Origin: Opitutales bacterium
GTDB taxonomy: Bacteria; Verrucomicrobiota; Verrucomicrobiia; Opitutales; JABSRG01
Assembly (NCBI GenBank): GCA_049599475.1
Contig: JBMYOQ010000043.1
Span: 1 to 35,765 of the forward strand
DNA: 35,765 nt
Direction: 5' to 3'
Made by a program: the position numbers and the translations under genes
Shown here: positions 1 through 10,413 of the stretch, piece by piece
Layout: every line of letters starts with the position of its first letter
Position numbering within the stretch: the first letter of the stretch is position 1
The notes under the pieces: model-generated
Databases searched by the model: none
What the model saw: only the letters and a program-made list of their open reading frames with translations
Told to the model about the DNA's origin: nothing

Positions 1-1856
1 GTCCATTTGCAGAATACGCAGAGAGTAAACGAAAAGACTTTTGAGAAACGGTCTACTTGCTCAAGAAGGGCCGTTTCTTTTTCTCCGATAGAGCCGCGAG
101 TCGGACTGTATGCCCAGCGGATCAGTGCCTGCCACGGGTAAAGAGCCTGGCTCTCGATATTCATCATGGTGGCTAGGTTGGACTCGAGCGAATGGTCTGA
201 CTGTTGTGCTTCGAGCTCGAAATTTATTTTCCATTGGCGGGAGCCCATGGTGTAGCCACTATCGCCGAGTTTTCTCAATGCATCTCCGCCGACGACGCGT
301 GCATTTGCGGTCGTAATGAAGCCGTTTTCGGGGTTGTAAATGCGTGGATATTCCTCTGCGGGCAGTCTGCCCTTCCAGATGGCTGCAGGATCGTCGGACT
401 TCAGCGGCTTGAGGAGTAATTCTGAGGTATTCCTTTCTGGGATACTGCCTAGAAGGGTCCACCCAATGTTTCCTTGATCGTCCCCAGCTACGAAGCTCAG
501 CGCTGGGCTATTGCTGCGCGCGGCGATATCGAGGGCTTCCTGAGTCGTCTCTGCTTTTGCGAGATTGATAAGTTCGAGGTCGACGGACCAATCCTGGTGG
601 GCGACCCATTGAAAGGCGATTTTCTGGCCGTTTTCGTTGGTCGCTATGATGGGGCCAAATCGAGTTTTTTCGATCTCCAGAGCTTGATCTGGCTGGCCTT
701 TAATGGAGATCACTTCGGTCTCCTTGATAATGGGCTCGACTCCATCGGCGGTCAGGTACGCGTCCGGGTTATTCGGGTCGGGTGTGATGATGACCGCGTC
801 CTCGGTGTCTGCATTGGAGTTGGTGAGGCCCCATGCGACTTTCCCATTGCTGCCTACGATGATTGCTGGGAATCCCGGCAGGGAAACGCCGTGTACTTCG
901 ATCGGTTGGCCACTGGAGGATTGCTCAAAAATGGTGGTGCGGTACCAAGTGTTTGGGATGCGCAAGCTAAGGTGCATATCGTTGGCGACCCATGCTCCAG
1001 GGTTGGGGTCGTCTGCTTTGGGACGGGCCGCCCAATTGTTGCTCCCATTGGTATATGTCTCACGGGGATAGCTGCTGCTTCGCTTGCTCAGGGGAGGCAT
1101 CCAGTTTGCCGACTTGGGTTGAGCAGGCCAAGTATCCGTTACTGCCTTCCAGGCTTCTGCATCGGGGGCTGGCAAGATATCGCGGATGCTGCCATCTTGT
1201 GGGGCTTCCCAGCGTGATCCGTTCTTGTAGAAAAAATCGAAAACGGAGTCAGGTAAATGAGCTGCGATTTGCCCGCGGACCCGATCGGTGAGGACCTGAG
1301 TGTCTTGCAGGGACATCGTCATCGACACTGCGCAGAGGATGCTGTCTTCCGGGCGCCAAAGCCTTGGGTTTACCTGAAGCAAGTGATATTCAAAGGGGCG
1401 ACTGCCGAGTTGCTGTATGCCCTGGTTTACGCCTTCGGTGTATGCCTTAAGGATATCTTTCTCGTGCTCGGGCAGTGTGTTGTAGATCGCTTGAGCGCGC
1501 TGGCGAAATTGATGTATGCGGACTTGGGCGTCGCTGCTTAGGCCTTGAGGAATAATCTCAGCCAACTCTCCGGCTGCAATTCGGCGGTAAAGGTCCATTT
1601 GGAAAAACCGCTCTTGCCCGTGGAGAAAGCCAAATGCGAAGGACTGGTCGAGAGGGTTAAACGCGTAGATCGTGGGGATGCCCAAGGCGTCGCGTTCGAT
1701 GCGGACTTTTTGTCTGAGGCCGGTGACCGTAGTTTCTCCATCCAGGATGGGCAGCGATTTCTTCAAGCTCCCATAGGCAATCCAGAAGACTGCAGCGATG
1801 CCAATCAGGCCAAATACGCTGACTCCTAGGGCGATGCGTCCGATCCATTCTTTCAT
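1..1856 (-). CDS. Penicillin acylase / acyl-homoserine-lactone acylase family Ntn-hydrolase (3' end beyond left window edge)
   Basis: Manual translation from ATG at 1856 (MKEWIGRIALGVSVFGLIGIAAVFW, N-terminal TM) stays open to base 1. It shows family motifs IERDALGIPTIYA, GFLHGQERFFQMDL, GSNNW (catalytic Ser codon 1041-1043), NDMHL, GVSLPG, AWGLTN and TAN. It is absent from the ORF track because no stop lies in the window. Confidence 0.9.
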   Translation of the reverse strand, partial: MKEWIGRIALGVSVFGLIGIAAVFWIAYGSLKKSLPILDGETTVTGLRQKVRIERDALGIPTIYAFNPLDQSFAFGFLHGQERFFQMDLYRRIAAGELAEIIPQGLSSDAQVRIHQFRQRAQAIYNTLPEHEKDILKAYTEGVNQGIQQLGSRPFEYHLLQVNPRLWRPEDSILCAVSMTMSLQDTQVLTDRVRGQIAAHLPDSVFDFFYKNGSRWEAPQDGSIRDILPAPDAEAWKAVTDTWPAQPKSANWMPPLSKRSSSYPRETYTNGSNNWAARPKADDPNPGAWVANDMHLSLRIPNTWYRTTIFEQSSSGQPIEVHGVSLPGFPAIIVGSNGKVAWGLTNSNADTEDAVIITPDPNNPDAYLTADGVEPIIKETEVISIKGQPDQALEIEKTRFGPIIATNENGQKIAFQWVAHQDWSVDLELINLAKAETTQEALDIAARSNSPALSFVAGDDQGNIGWTLLGSIPERNTSELLLKPLKSDDPAAIWKGRLPAEEYPRIYNPENGFITTANARVVGGDALRKLGDSGYTMGSRQWKINFELEAQQSDHSLESNLATMMNIESQALYPWQALIRWAYSPTRGSIGEKETALLEQVDRFSKVFSFTLCVFCKW

Positions 1857-1926
1857 ATCCCGGCACACAAATTCACTTAGCAATGTCTGCCAAGCACCAC
1901 TTGATGAAAATCTCTAGAAAGTGAGA

Positions 1927-2358
1927 TTAGTGGCTAGGTTGATGCACGTGTCCGTGATCGCACTCCGCGTCGCGGCAGATCTTGAAATTGCGAAAATGGC
2001 TGGTTGCCAGAATGATTCCGCCGATAACGGTAGCAGCGACTTCGCCATCGTGTCCGAAAAGATCGTGGCCCCAGAGAGCCGCGACTGTGATCAACGCCAG
2101 GCCAATCGTTGCCATGGCAAAGACAATGCGGTCTTTATGCCGACGACAACCCATCGATACAGATATGATGCTTGTCGGGAGCACGCCGAAAAGCATCCAT
2201 TTGTGGAATGCTTCGTGAGACATGAACGATGAACCCAGCATCGGTAGGAAGATAACAGCCAATGGAAAAATGACGCAGTGGATCGCGCAGAGCACCGAAA
2301 GGGCGATTGCGGCGACGTCGATTGTGCGTTGAAACTTAGCTGAACGGAGTGGATTCAT
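1927..2358 (-). CDS. MerC-domain membrane protein (probable metal transport)
   Basis: 143 aa with four hydrophobic segments, LSVLCAIHC motif, HEAFH and a His-rich tail CDHGHVHQPSH. No mer operon nearby. Confidence 0.8.
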   Translation of the reverse strand: MNPLRSAKFQRTIDVAAIALSVLCAIHCVIFPLAVIFLPMLGSSFMSHEAFHKWMLFGVLPTSIISVSMGCRRHKDRIVFAMATIGLALITVAALWGHDLFGHDGEVAATVIGGIILATSHFRNFKICRDAECDHGHVHQPSH

Positions 2359-2441
2359 TGAGGCGAATGGAGAAGCTTGCCCAAAGCAAGGAAAGGGTCA
2401 AGTGGCTATTGAGATTAATGGTTGTGCGGGTTTCTCGGCAT

Positions 2442-2482
2442 AAATAAAACCAAAAACCCAGCAACCTTTCGGCTGCTGGGTT
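2442..2482 (-). terminator. Rho-independent terminator after the TonB-dependent receptor gene
   Basis: Minus strand reads AACCCAGCAGCC-GAAA-GGTTGCTGGGTT followed by a T-rich tract, about 30 nt after the stop codon. Confidence 0.8.
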
Positions 2483-2510
2483 CCTGAGAATTGGGTTTTT
2501 TAGGTAAGTC

Positions 2511-5294
2511 CTAGAAGTTTACCTTCATGCCGATGTTGGCACTCCAGCCGTATTCTTCATACTGCAATGGGCGCTCTTCGTAGCCGATGTAGCGCTCTAA
2601 GGCCTCTTCATTTATATTCAGGAATTCTGCGAATACAGTGACATTATCATTGATCTCGTAAGATGTGGTGACGTCCCACTGGAAATATTCGCCGTGAATT
2701 TCGTCTTCAGCGGCTTCACCGCCAAATGCGTCAACGAAATCGCCACGGTGAGTGCCCGCTACACGGAAGAAGAAACCGTATTTCTCGTAGGTGAGCGCGA
2801 TGGTTGCGACTTCGTCACTCTGCTTTGGAAGGCGGACTTCTTCGTCTTCGCGGCCGATCTCTGCTTCACTCTCAGACAAAGTTAAGTTGGCGTAGATTCC
2901 TAGGCCATCGAATGGCTCAGGAAGTGACGCAAACTGCTGCTGCCAAGAAAGTTCTACACCGTAGATTTCTGCGGAATCTCCGTTGAGAGATGTGATCAAA
3001 TCGTAGTCTTCGCCGTCGATATTGATGCCACCTTCAATCACGCTTGTGAAGATGAAGCTGTCGATATCTTTGTAGAAACCAGAGATTGAGAACACACCGA
3101 GGGGCTCGAAATAGTATTCAAGGGATAGATCCAGGTTGGAAGACTCGTATGGATCGAGGTCCGGATTTCCGACGGTGACTTCTTCGTCTTCGAAGTTTGT
3201 TTCCTGGCGGAATGCAGAATCTCCAAACTTAGGGCGTGCGATGGTATTTGTCCAAGACGCACGGAGGATCCAGTTGTCACTTACATCGTAGCGGCCAATG
3301 ATCGAAGGCAGGTAATCTGTGTAGTCCTTGGTGCTGCGTTGGCTAGTGATGCTTTCGAGGTCGCCGTCTACATTGAATACGATGTCGTTGCCGGTCGTTT
3401 CGAATTCGGTATGTTCAACGCGGATACCTGCATTCAGGGTAAGTTTGTCGAATTCGACATTTACCTGCCCGTATGCTGCGTGGACATCCTCTGAAGACTC
3501 GTAGTCATCTGCCGCGGAATCGATCAGTGTGTCTTCGTCTTCTAGTTCGAATTGCTCTGGGTTGCTCTCGAAGCGTTCACGGATCTGAAACTGACTTCCG
3601 CGCAAGTATGTACCATCGGGACCATTACCGAAGGGGAAGCGAGTCGAAGGGTCTGCTACATCAGCAAGGGTGTAGTCGAAGCCGTCGGCGAGTTCATAGA
3701 TCTCAACATTCACGTCTTGAGATTTTTCCTTTTGGCGAAGCTTACCGCCGAATTTCACGTAGCTGTTGCCTGAGCCCCAGCCAATGTCGCGAGTAAAGTC
3801 AATTTTTGCCGAGAATTCATCCTCTTCGCTAAGGTTGTTTTCAACAACAGCATCGTTGAACTCATAATTGCTGGCATCGAAGATGTCCGATGTGCCGACA
3901 TTGGTAACTGTGGGAAGATTGCCGTCAAAGACGTAGCCGAAAGACACATCGTCGCCTTCCATACGAAAGTCTGTGTCGAGGCGATCTGGCTCGTTTTCTT
4001 CCCCGTGTGTGATGGCGACGTTGAAGTCCACAGTCCAATCGGTGAGCTCCACGGTGCCCCCAGCGCTGAGGACCCAGATTTCTTGTTCTTCGAAACGGTC
4101 TTTTACGTCACGGTCAGTTTCTTCGGTATTTACTGCAGTACCACTGGTGTCTGTGAGGTTTTGGAATTCTGCGGCATCTTCCGGCTTAAGCTCCCATCGG
4201 TAGCGCTCCTCTTGGTCGCTGAAGTAGTTATAAACGCCTCGAACATAGAGATGCACGTTATCTGATGGCTTGGCTTCGAATCCCGAGCTGAATGCATAGC
4301 GCTCACGAGTGATTTCGTAATTGCGGAATTCGATTTCTCCGTCTGGGAAATACGCTTCGTTGCCATCAGTGTCGGTTGTGGTGTCCCATGCGCCGTCGAC
4401 TTCGGCGTTGTCACTGCCGAGCTGACGCTCTTGGAAAGATGTTGAGAACTGGAAGCCATACTGGCTTTCCGCGCCGAATACATCTGAGTAAGATGCTTTG
4501 GCTTTCCCTGAATAGCGATCTACCAGATCGTTGTAAGACACGGTGGTAGACATGTTAATCGCGCGGCCGCCACGGTCGAATGGGCTAAGGGTTTGGATGT
4601 CGATGCTGCCACCGATTGCATCCCCGTCCATAGAGGCGTCGACAGCCTTGCTGACAACGATTTGGTCGAGAATTTCAGATGGGATGACGTCCAGAGCCAC
4701 GGCGCGTGATTCACCTTCTGGCGCGGCGAGGTTTACGCCGTCGAGAGTGATGTTGCTGAGGTCTGGATCGATGCCACGCACAGAAACGAAACGGCCTTCA
4801 CCTTGGTCGCGCTGGATGGAGAGACCTGGGAGACGCTGGAGAGACTCCGCAGCATTTTGGTCTGCGAAGCGACCGATGGCGTCACTGGATACCACTGAGG
4901 TGACTCCGGTTGCTTCCCGTTCGATGTTCAGGGCACGAGCCTGTCCAACGAGTGAGCCTGTTGCGACGAAGGCATCGAGCTCGGCGATGTCGCTAGCTAC
5001 TGTGATGTCGGATACTACGGTGCCAGTTTCTGCAACGGTCACTGTTTGGCTTGTGCTGGGCACGCCGATGTAGTCGATCTCGACGGTGTATGTACCGGCC
5101 GAAAGGTTTTTAAATGTGTAGCGGCCAGACTCGTCCGTATAAGTGCTGAGTGAGGTGCCCTTGAGGTCGACGCGAGCCCCTTCGAGGAAGGTACCGGTGT
5201 CGGCACGGTCTACACGACCGGTGAGGTCTCCAGCTTGAGCAGTCGATGCGATTGCACCGGCGACCACGCAAGCTAAGTTACGAAGTTGTTTCAT
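2511..5294 (-). CDS. TonB-dependent outer-membrane receptor with N-terminal carboxypeptidase-regulatory-like domain
   Basis: Signal peptide (ASTAQA), N-terminal beta-sandwich (TDESGRYTF), plug motifs (NAAESLQRLPG, GEGRFVSVRG, GGSIDI), GNPDLDP and a C-terminal Phe. Confidence 0.92.
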   Translation of the reverse strand: MKQLRNLACVVAGAIASTAQAGDLTGRVDRADTGTFLEGARVDLKGTSLSTYTDESGRYTFKNLSAGTYTVEIDYIGVPSTSQTVTVAETGTVVSDITVASDIAELDAFVATGSLVGQARALNIEREATGVTSVVSSDAIGRFADQNAAESLQRLPGLSIQRDQGEGRFVSVRGIDPDLSNITLDGVNLAAPEGESRAVALDVIPSEILDQIVVSKAVDASMDGDAIGGSIDIQTLSPFDRGGRAINMSTTVSYNDLVDRYSGKAKASYSDVFGAESQYGFQFSTSFQERQLGSDNAEVDGAWDTTTDTDGNEAYFPDGEIEFRNYEITRERYAFSSGFEAKPSDNVHLYVRGVYNYFSDQEERYRWELKPEDAAEFQNLTDTSGTAVNTEETDRDVKDRFEEQEIWVLSAGGTVELTDWTVDFNVAITHGEENEPDRLDTDFRMEGDDVSFGYVFDGNLPTVTNVGTSDIFDASNYEFNDAVVENNLSEEDEFSAKIDFTRDIGWGSGNSYVKFGGKLRQKEKSQDVNVEIYELADGFDYTLADVADPSTRFPFGNGPDGTYLRGSQFQIRERFESNPEQFELEDEDTLIDSAADDYESSEDVHAAYGQVNVEFDKLTLNAGIRVEHTEFETTGNDIVFNVDGDLESITSQRSTKDYTDYLPSIIGRYDVSDNWILRASWTNTIARPKFGDSAFRQETNFEDEEVTVGNPDLDPYESSNLDLSLEYYFEPLGVFSISGFYKDIDSFIFTSVIEGGINIDGEDYDLITSLNGDSAEIYGVELSWQQQFASLPEPFDGLGIYANLTLSESEAEIGREDEEVRLPKQSDEVATIALTYEKYGFFFRVAGTHRGDFVDAFGGEAAEDEIHGEYFQWDVTTSYEINDNVTVFAEFLNINEEALERYIGYEERPLQYEEYGWSANIGMKVNF

Positions 5295-5599
5295 GATATT
5301 CGTCTAGTTTTGGGTTTGTTTGTGCAGCGGCGCTCACAGGTAGCGCCTTGGGCTCCCCCTTCTTAACGAAAAACTAACATGTCAATGGGTCTTAACGGTC
5401 CTGTATCCGATTTTGCATTCTCAACACAGTTTTGTTTCAAAAATGCACTAATGTGACAGTTTGGAATTATCGTAACCTGTTTGTTTTGAACGTGGTTTCC
5501 GCGTAAAAAAAGTGTGTGCTTTTGAGTCCTTTATCATGAAAACGTCACATTTCTGAAAACAAGTTTTGCACCAGAGAATTCGATGATTACCCGTAGATA

Positions 5600-8590
5600 A
5601 TGCAGCCTTCTTTCCGCGAATCTTTCACTCATTATTTAGGTATCGACTCCGAGCAGCGCGCGCAGGCCCTAGAGGGGCTGGGGTTGACGGATTTTTCTGA
5701 ATTGATGGGCATTGACCCCATCGAACTTTTGGACGCTGGCGGAATTCCAGTGACACTCTCCGAGACTGAATCACGCCGCGAACTCATGCGTATCTCGGAG
5801 GCCAATTCAGTGAAGGAACACTTCATCGGAGACGGCTTGCCGGTCTGGAAAGTTCAGAGCGTAGTCAACTTTATCCTGGGTTTGCGCCGCTTGGGGACTG
5901 CCTACACGCCTTATCAGCCTGAGCGAAGCCAGGGAACTTTACAGACTCAGTGGATCTATCAGTGTCTGATGGCCCAGATCACAGGGTTTGAGGCAGTCAA
6001 CGCGTCTCTTTACGACGAAGCTACTGCGATTTTTGAAGGCATCTGCTGTGCGACGCGCTTGAAGCGCAAGAAGAATAAAGTCCTTATTGCTTCGGCAATC
6101 TTTCCGGGCTCGATCGAAGTCATCAAGACGATGGCTCAAGATACAGATCTAGAGTGTATCTGGGTCCCTGCCGTGGCCGAGACAGGCTTAATTGATTTTG
6201 AATTTCTGAAGTCGGTAGATACTGCGGGAGCCGCCGCGTTGGTGTATCCGCAAACCAATACATTTGGCTGTTTGGAAGATGTGAACGCGCTAACAGATTG
6301 GGCGCACGAGAAAGATCTTTTGGCAATCGGAATTATCGACCCGATGCTCTTGGCGACCAAGGCGCTGAAGCCACCGACAGAGTGGGGCGAAACCGGTGCG
6401 GATATTATCGTCGGTGAAGCGCAGCATACGGCGATTGGCCCGAACTTCGGTGGGCCGGGTCTTGGACTCTTTGGCGTGCGCCTCAATGCGAAAAACAAGA
6501 ACCACATCCGCCAGACGCCGGGTCGTTTTGTGGGTGAGGGTAAAGACTTCTTGGGGCGTGATTGCCATGTGATGGTACTTTCCACTCGCGAGCAGCACAT
6601 TCGTCGCGACAAGGCGACTTCCAATATTTGCTCCAACCAAGCATTCTTAGCGACCATCGCGGGTGCCGCTATGCTACAGCGTGGAGAGTCTGGCTGGGCC
6701 GAGGCCGTGCAAGAAGCTTACATGAAGGCGCGTGGCGTGGCGGCCCGTCTGCAGACGCTCGAAGGTGTGGATTTGGCCTACCCAGAATCTGCTTTCTTTA
6801 ATAGCGTGACGGTGAAATTTCCGACGGAGAAGCTTGAGGCTTTGAAGGCTTCTTCAGAAATCCTTTTCGGGGTGGATGTCACGGAGCGTATTCCTGGCGC
6901 GGAGAGTGGCGTGTCGTATTTTAAAATGTCTTTCTCGGATATTCACGATGCGCATGCGTGCAATCGACTGATCGCACTCTTCGAAGGTGTGTTTGAACGC
7001 GAGGCAGAGCAAACCCGTGCCGAGGGCGTATGCGATGTCCCGGAAGCCTTATGGCGCTCTGCACCGGTCGGGCTTCCCGATCTCTCCCTCGAAGAGATTA
7101 AGGAATACTACCACAAACTGGATACCCTCAACATCGCGCCAGAAGATACCTGCTATCCGCTGGGCTCGTGCACGATGAAATACAATCCTTACCTGAATGA
7201 GTGGGCGGCGGGGCTACCCGGATTCACGGATCTACATCCACAGGTTCCTCTTGCCGATGCGCAGGGTGCCTTGGAAATCATTTACGAGACGCAGAATTGG
7301 TTTAAGGCAATTACCGGTCTTGCAGGCATCACGACGCAGCCAGTTGCGGGAGCTCAAGGTGAGCTGGTCGGGCTCAAACTTTTCCAGGCTTATCATAACG
7401 ATACGAGTGAGACTGAGCGCGATATTGTCATCATTCCGAAATCGGCTCACGGGACTAATTTTGCGACTGCGATTGTCGCGGGTTATCCGGACAAGAAGCT
7501 TAAAGAGCGTCCCAGTGGAATTGTGCTGCTCAATGCAGATGCAACGGGCCGTATTGATATGGCTCAGCTCGGTGAAATTTTGGAAAAATGGGGACAACAT
7601 GTTGCGGGTATCATGGTGACCAATCCAAATACGGGCGGAGTGCTTGAGAACAATTTCCGCGAAATGGCCGAACAAATACACGCTGTGGGCGGACTGGTCT
7701 ATATGGACGGTGCTAATATGAACGCGGTCGCGGGATGGTTAAACCTCGGTGCGCTCGGCGTAGATGCTGTCCACAATAACACGCACAAGACTTGGTCGAT
7801 CCCTCACGGGGGCGGCGGTCCAGGCGATGCCTTTGTCGGCGTGAGTGAGAAATTACTCCCTTACCTGCCGGGCCATCAGATTGAAAAGAATGAAGTGGGC
7901 GTCTATGAGGCGGTAAAAGCGGAAAAGAGCATTGGCTCCATTCATCGCCATTGGGGTAATTTTGCGCACAAGGTTCGTGCATTTGCATACTTGCTGCGCC
8001 TGGGGCGTGAAGGGGTGCCAGCGATGTCTGCCACCGCGGTATTGGCGGCGCGTTATTTGCGTAGTAAACTTGCGGATACATTCCCGATGCTTCCGGAAGG
8101 CGCAGATTCGGTTCCACGCATGCATGAATTTATCATTACATTGCCCGAGGATGATTTTCTGATGCTTGAAGAGGCGGGCATTGCTCGCGGTCCGGCGATT
8201 GTCGGTTTTGGGAAGTTGTTATTGGATTTTGGATACCATGCGCCGACGGTTGCATTCCCTGAAGTGCTCGGTTTGATGTTCGAGCCGACCGAAAGCTACA
8301 CCTTGGCTGAGCTGGATCGCTTGGCAGATGCAATCTTGGCTGTAAGAGAATTATACCTACAGGATCCTCGACTCCTTGCAGAAAGCCCATGGCTCATGCC
8401 TATCAAGCGTGTGGATGAAGTGGCGGCAAACCGCAATGTCGTGGTGAGCCGTAGTCTCAGTGATGGTTTGCCAAATGTGCCGCAGCTTCAAGACGACACC
8501 GAGCATCTTTGGAAGTCTCCGATCGCTGATCTGAAGGCCCGAATTTCGGAAGTAGCGAAAGCGAGTGCTCCGGACTTACTTGCCCAGTAG
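5600..8590 (+). CDS. gcvP: Glycine dehydrogenase (glycine cleavage P protein), single-chain GcvPA+GcvPB type
   Basis: [62 protein letters not shown] and the PLP-lysine motif [14 protein letters not shown]. Confidence 0.95.
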   Translation: MQPSFRESFTHYLGIDSEQRAQALEGLGLTDFSELMGIDPIELLDAGGIPVTLSETESRRELMRISEANSVKEHFIGDGLPVWKVQSVVNFILGLRRLGTAYTPYQPERSQGTLQTQWIYQCLMAQITGFEAVNASLYDEATAIFEGICCATRLKRKKNKVLIASAIFPGSIEVIKTMAQDTDLECIWVPAVAETGLIDFEFLKSVDTAGAAALVYPQTNTFGCLEDVNALTDWAHEKDLLAIGIIDPMLLATKALKPPTEWGETGADIIVGEAQHTAIGPNFGGPGLGLFGVRLNAKNKNHIRQTPGRFVGEGKDFLGRDCHVMVLSTREQHIRRDKATSNICSNQAFLATIAGAAMLQRGESGWAEAVQEAYMKARGVAARLQTLEGVDLAYPESAFFNSVTVKFPTEKLEALKASSEILFGVDVTERIPGAESGVSYFKMSFSDIHDAHACNRLIALFEGVFEREAEQTRAEGVCDVPEALWRSAPVGLPDLSLEEIKEYYHKLDTLNIAPEDTCYPLGSCTMKYNPYLNEWAAGLPGFTDLHPQVPLADAQGALEIIYETQNWFKAITGLAGITTQPVAGAQGELVGLKLFQAYHNDTSETERDIVIIPKSAHGTNFATAIVAGYPDKKLKERPSGIVLLNADATGRIDMAQLGEILEKWGQHVAGIMVTNPNTGGVLENNFREMAEQIHAVGGLVYMDGANMNAVAGWLNLGALGVDAVHNNTHKTWSIPHGGGGPGDAFVGVSEKLLPYLPGHQIEKNEVGVYEAVKAEKSIGSIHRHWGNFAHKVRAFAYLLRLGREGVPAMSATAVLAARYLRSKLADTFPMLPEGADSVPRMHEFIITLPEDDFLMLEEAGIARGPAIVGFGKLLLDFGYHAPTVAFPEVLGLMFEPTESYTLAELDRLADAILAVRELYLQDPRLLAESPWLMPIKRVDEVAANRNVVVSRSLSDGLPNVPQLQDDTEHLWKSPIADLKARISEVAKASAPDLLAQ

Positions 8591-10015
8591 GCGGTTCATC
8601 TCATCGACGGTCTCATAGAGTGCCGACGATTCGTCTTTCAGTCTTTGCACGAGGTCCGCGTTTCCATCTGCGACCTCGGCATTGCGGTGGGCTCCGCTAT
8701 CGACCGTCGAAGTCATATCAGACAGTTGGTTGAGCCCCGTTACTTGTTGTTGGGACCGTTCGGAAATGCTCGTGAGTACCTTGTTTGTCTCTCGGGCGCC
8801 GGTTACGATTTTCTCAAAATCAGCCATAACGGCCCCGCAAATCTCGGCACCATCCTTACTCTTCGTTACCGAGTCTTCGATTTTTTCGGTGGTCTCTCGG
8901 GCAGCAGCTGCGCTGCGTTGAGCGAGGGAACGCACCTCATCGGCAACAACTGCGAATCCGGCCCCGGCCTCGCCTGCGCGGGCTGCTTCGACCGCGGCAT
9001 TGAGGGCCAAGAGGTTTGTTTGAAATGCGATTTCATCGATCGTTTCGATGATCTTAGCGATGCTGCCTCCAGATTCTGAAATAGCATCCATGGCTTCGGC
9101 CATGCGTTGCATGTTTTTCGAGCCGGTCTCTGCGAGGTCGAGGGTGGTGTCGGCGTTCTCGTGAGCCTCGGTGACATTTGACGCGTTTTCACTGGTATTT
9201 CCCACGAGATCTTCGAGAGATTCGCGTGCTTCGATGATGACCCGCAATTGTTCCTGAGAATTGGTGCTCAGCTGTGTGCCACTCTCGCTCATGGATTCGG
9301 CGAATGTCATGAGCTCGGTCGAGCTGCGTTGCAGATTCTCACCGATCGAAGAAAATTGTTTCAAGATACTCTTTTGCAGGTGCCCGGTCATGAGTCCTAC
9401 GATCAACCCGACTGCGACGAGTGTGATAGCGATTTTCAATCCTAATGATGGAAGCTCCATAGAGAGGAGTTGTTTCAGCTCGGAGAGTTCTTTGTCCGCC
9501 TGGATGATGGCGATCACTTGACCTTCGGCATTGAAAATAGGGGCTGCGGAGGAGATCCAGTCACCATGTTCGTCGCTATACACTGCGCTGGTCGCGGATT
9601 GCCCCGCCCATGAGGCTTCGAGGTGCGCCTGTGATTTGATTCGATGTCCTATGAAAGGCTCTGAGGGGGTCATCACCACGAATTCGAACTCCTGGGTCTG
9701 GTCGAAGTCGGCTGCTTTGCGAAGTGTGTATAAAGGGGATTGCAGTTGATTTGCCGCTTCGATCGCGCGCATCTGTTCGCGGAGACTTTCGAATTCTGCT
9801 TGGCCTGACTCTATTGCGGCGCCATCGCCAGAGACTTGCACGTGCTTGTCTGCATCGATCTGAAGCGCAGCGGTGTTTGCTATCGCGTAGAGGCGGTCTG
9901 CAGCCTTCTCGATGACTTGGTTTTTCAGTTTCACGGTATCTACCGCGAATGCGATCACTAGGGTGCAGGCGACAACGATGCCAGAGAAAATGAGGATCTT
10001 GCTTTTCAGATTCAT
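8576..10015 (-). CDS. Methyl-accepting chemotaxis protein
   Basis: Two TM segments flank a periplasmic sensor domain. Signalling motif [37 protein letters not shown]. Convergent 15-nt overlap with gcvP. Confidence 0.93.
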   Translation of the reverse strand: MNLKSKILIFSGIVVACTLVIAFAVDTVKLKNQVIEKAADRLYAIANTAALQIDADKHVQVSGDGAAIESGQAEFESLREQMRAIEAANQLQSPLYTLRKAADFDQTQEFEFVVMTPSEPFIGHRIKSQAHLEASWAGQSATSAVYSDEHGDWISSAAPIFNAEGQVIAIIQADKELSELKQLLSMELPSLGLKIAITLVAVGLIVGLMTGHLQKSILKQFSSIGENLQRSSTELMTFAESMSESGTQLSTNSQEQLRVIIEARESLEDLVGNTSENASNVTEAHENADTTLDLAETGSKNMQRMAEAMDAISESGGSIAKIIETIDEIAFQTNLLALNAAVEAARAGEAGAGFAVVADEVRSLAQRSAAAARETTEKIEDSVTKSKDGAEICGAVMADFEKIVTGARETNKVLTSISERSQQQVTGLNQLSDMTSTVDSGAHRNAEVADGNADLVQRLKDESSALYETVDEMNRLLGK

Positions 10016-10140
10016 AAGTACAACGAGGGTTTAGTCGGGCGCTCGCTGCCTAAATTGAGCTGAAGATAGAAATTCCGCTGGATGTTCGATGCCCCGTTTG
10101 CCCTTACCGCTCGATTTCCCTCGATGTAAACGACTCAGCG

Positions 10141-10398
10141 CTAGAAAAGATTCATCACAAACGCTATGAGAGCGATTAGAGCCAGCGCCGACCAGATCCA
10201 GCTTAGCAACGGACTCTGTGAATGCTTTTCTTTGGGGTTGTTTTCGTCTTCGAAAGCTTCTTCTGGAAGATCGAGTCCATCGTAAAGCAGGGCGTCTTCA
10301 TTCCAGCCGGAGTTTTCGTCGGCTCCGCATTCTGGGCAGGCCAGCCGCCCCTTGGGCACCTCATGGCCGCACGCTGGGCAAATCTCCGGAGTGTTCAT
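10141..10398 (-). CDS. Small zinc-ribbon protein with C-terminal membrane anchor
   Basis: CPACG...CPECG, an acidic linker and a hydrophobic C-terminus. Starts 15 nt after the peptidase stop. Confidence 0.75.
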   Translation of the reverse strand: MNTPEICPACGHEVPKGRLACPECGADENSGWNEDALLYDGLDLPEEAFEDENNPKEKHSQSPLLSWIWSALALIALIAFVMNLF

Positions 10399-10413
10399 TT
10401 TGAAAGGGATTGC

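Noticed and set aside
110..1829. Plus-strand ORFs such as 474-1217 (247 aa)
   Set aside because: Antisense shadows of the minus-strand acylase gene, with no recognisable motifs. The same applies to the many short ORFs nested in other long genes.
1..1856. Beta-lactam resistance or quorum-quenching function
   Set aside because: Family membership does not define the substrate, and the gene is incomplete in the window.
1927..2358. Mercury resistance locus
   Set aside because: Lone MerC-domain gene without merR/merA/merP.
5295..5599. Glycine or cobalamin riboswitch
   Set aside because: No recognisable conserved aptamer motifs on either strand by eye.
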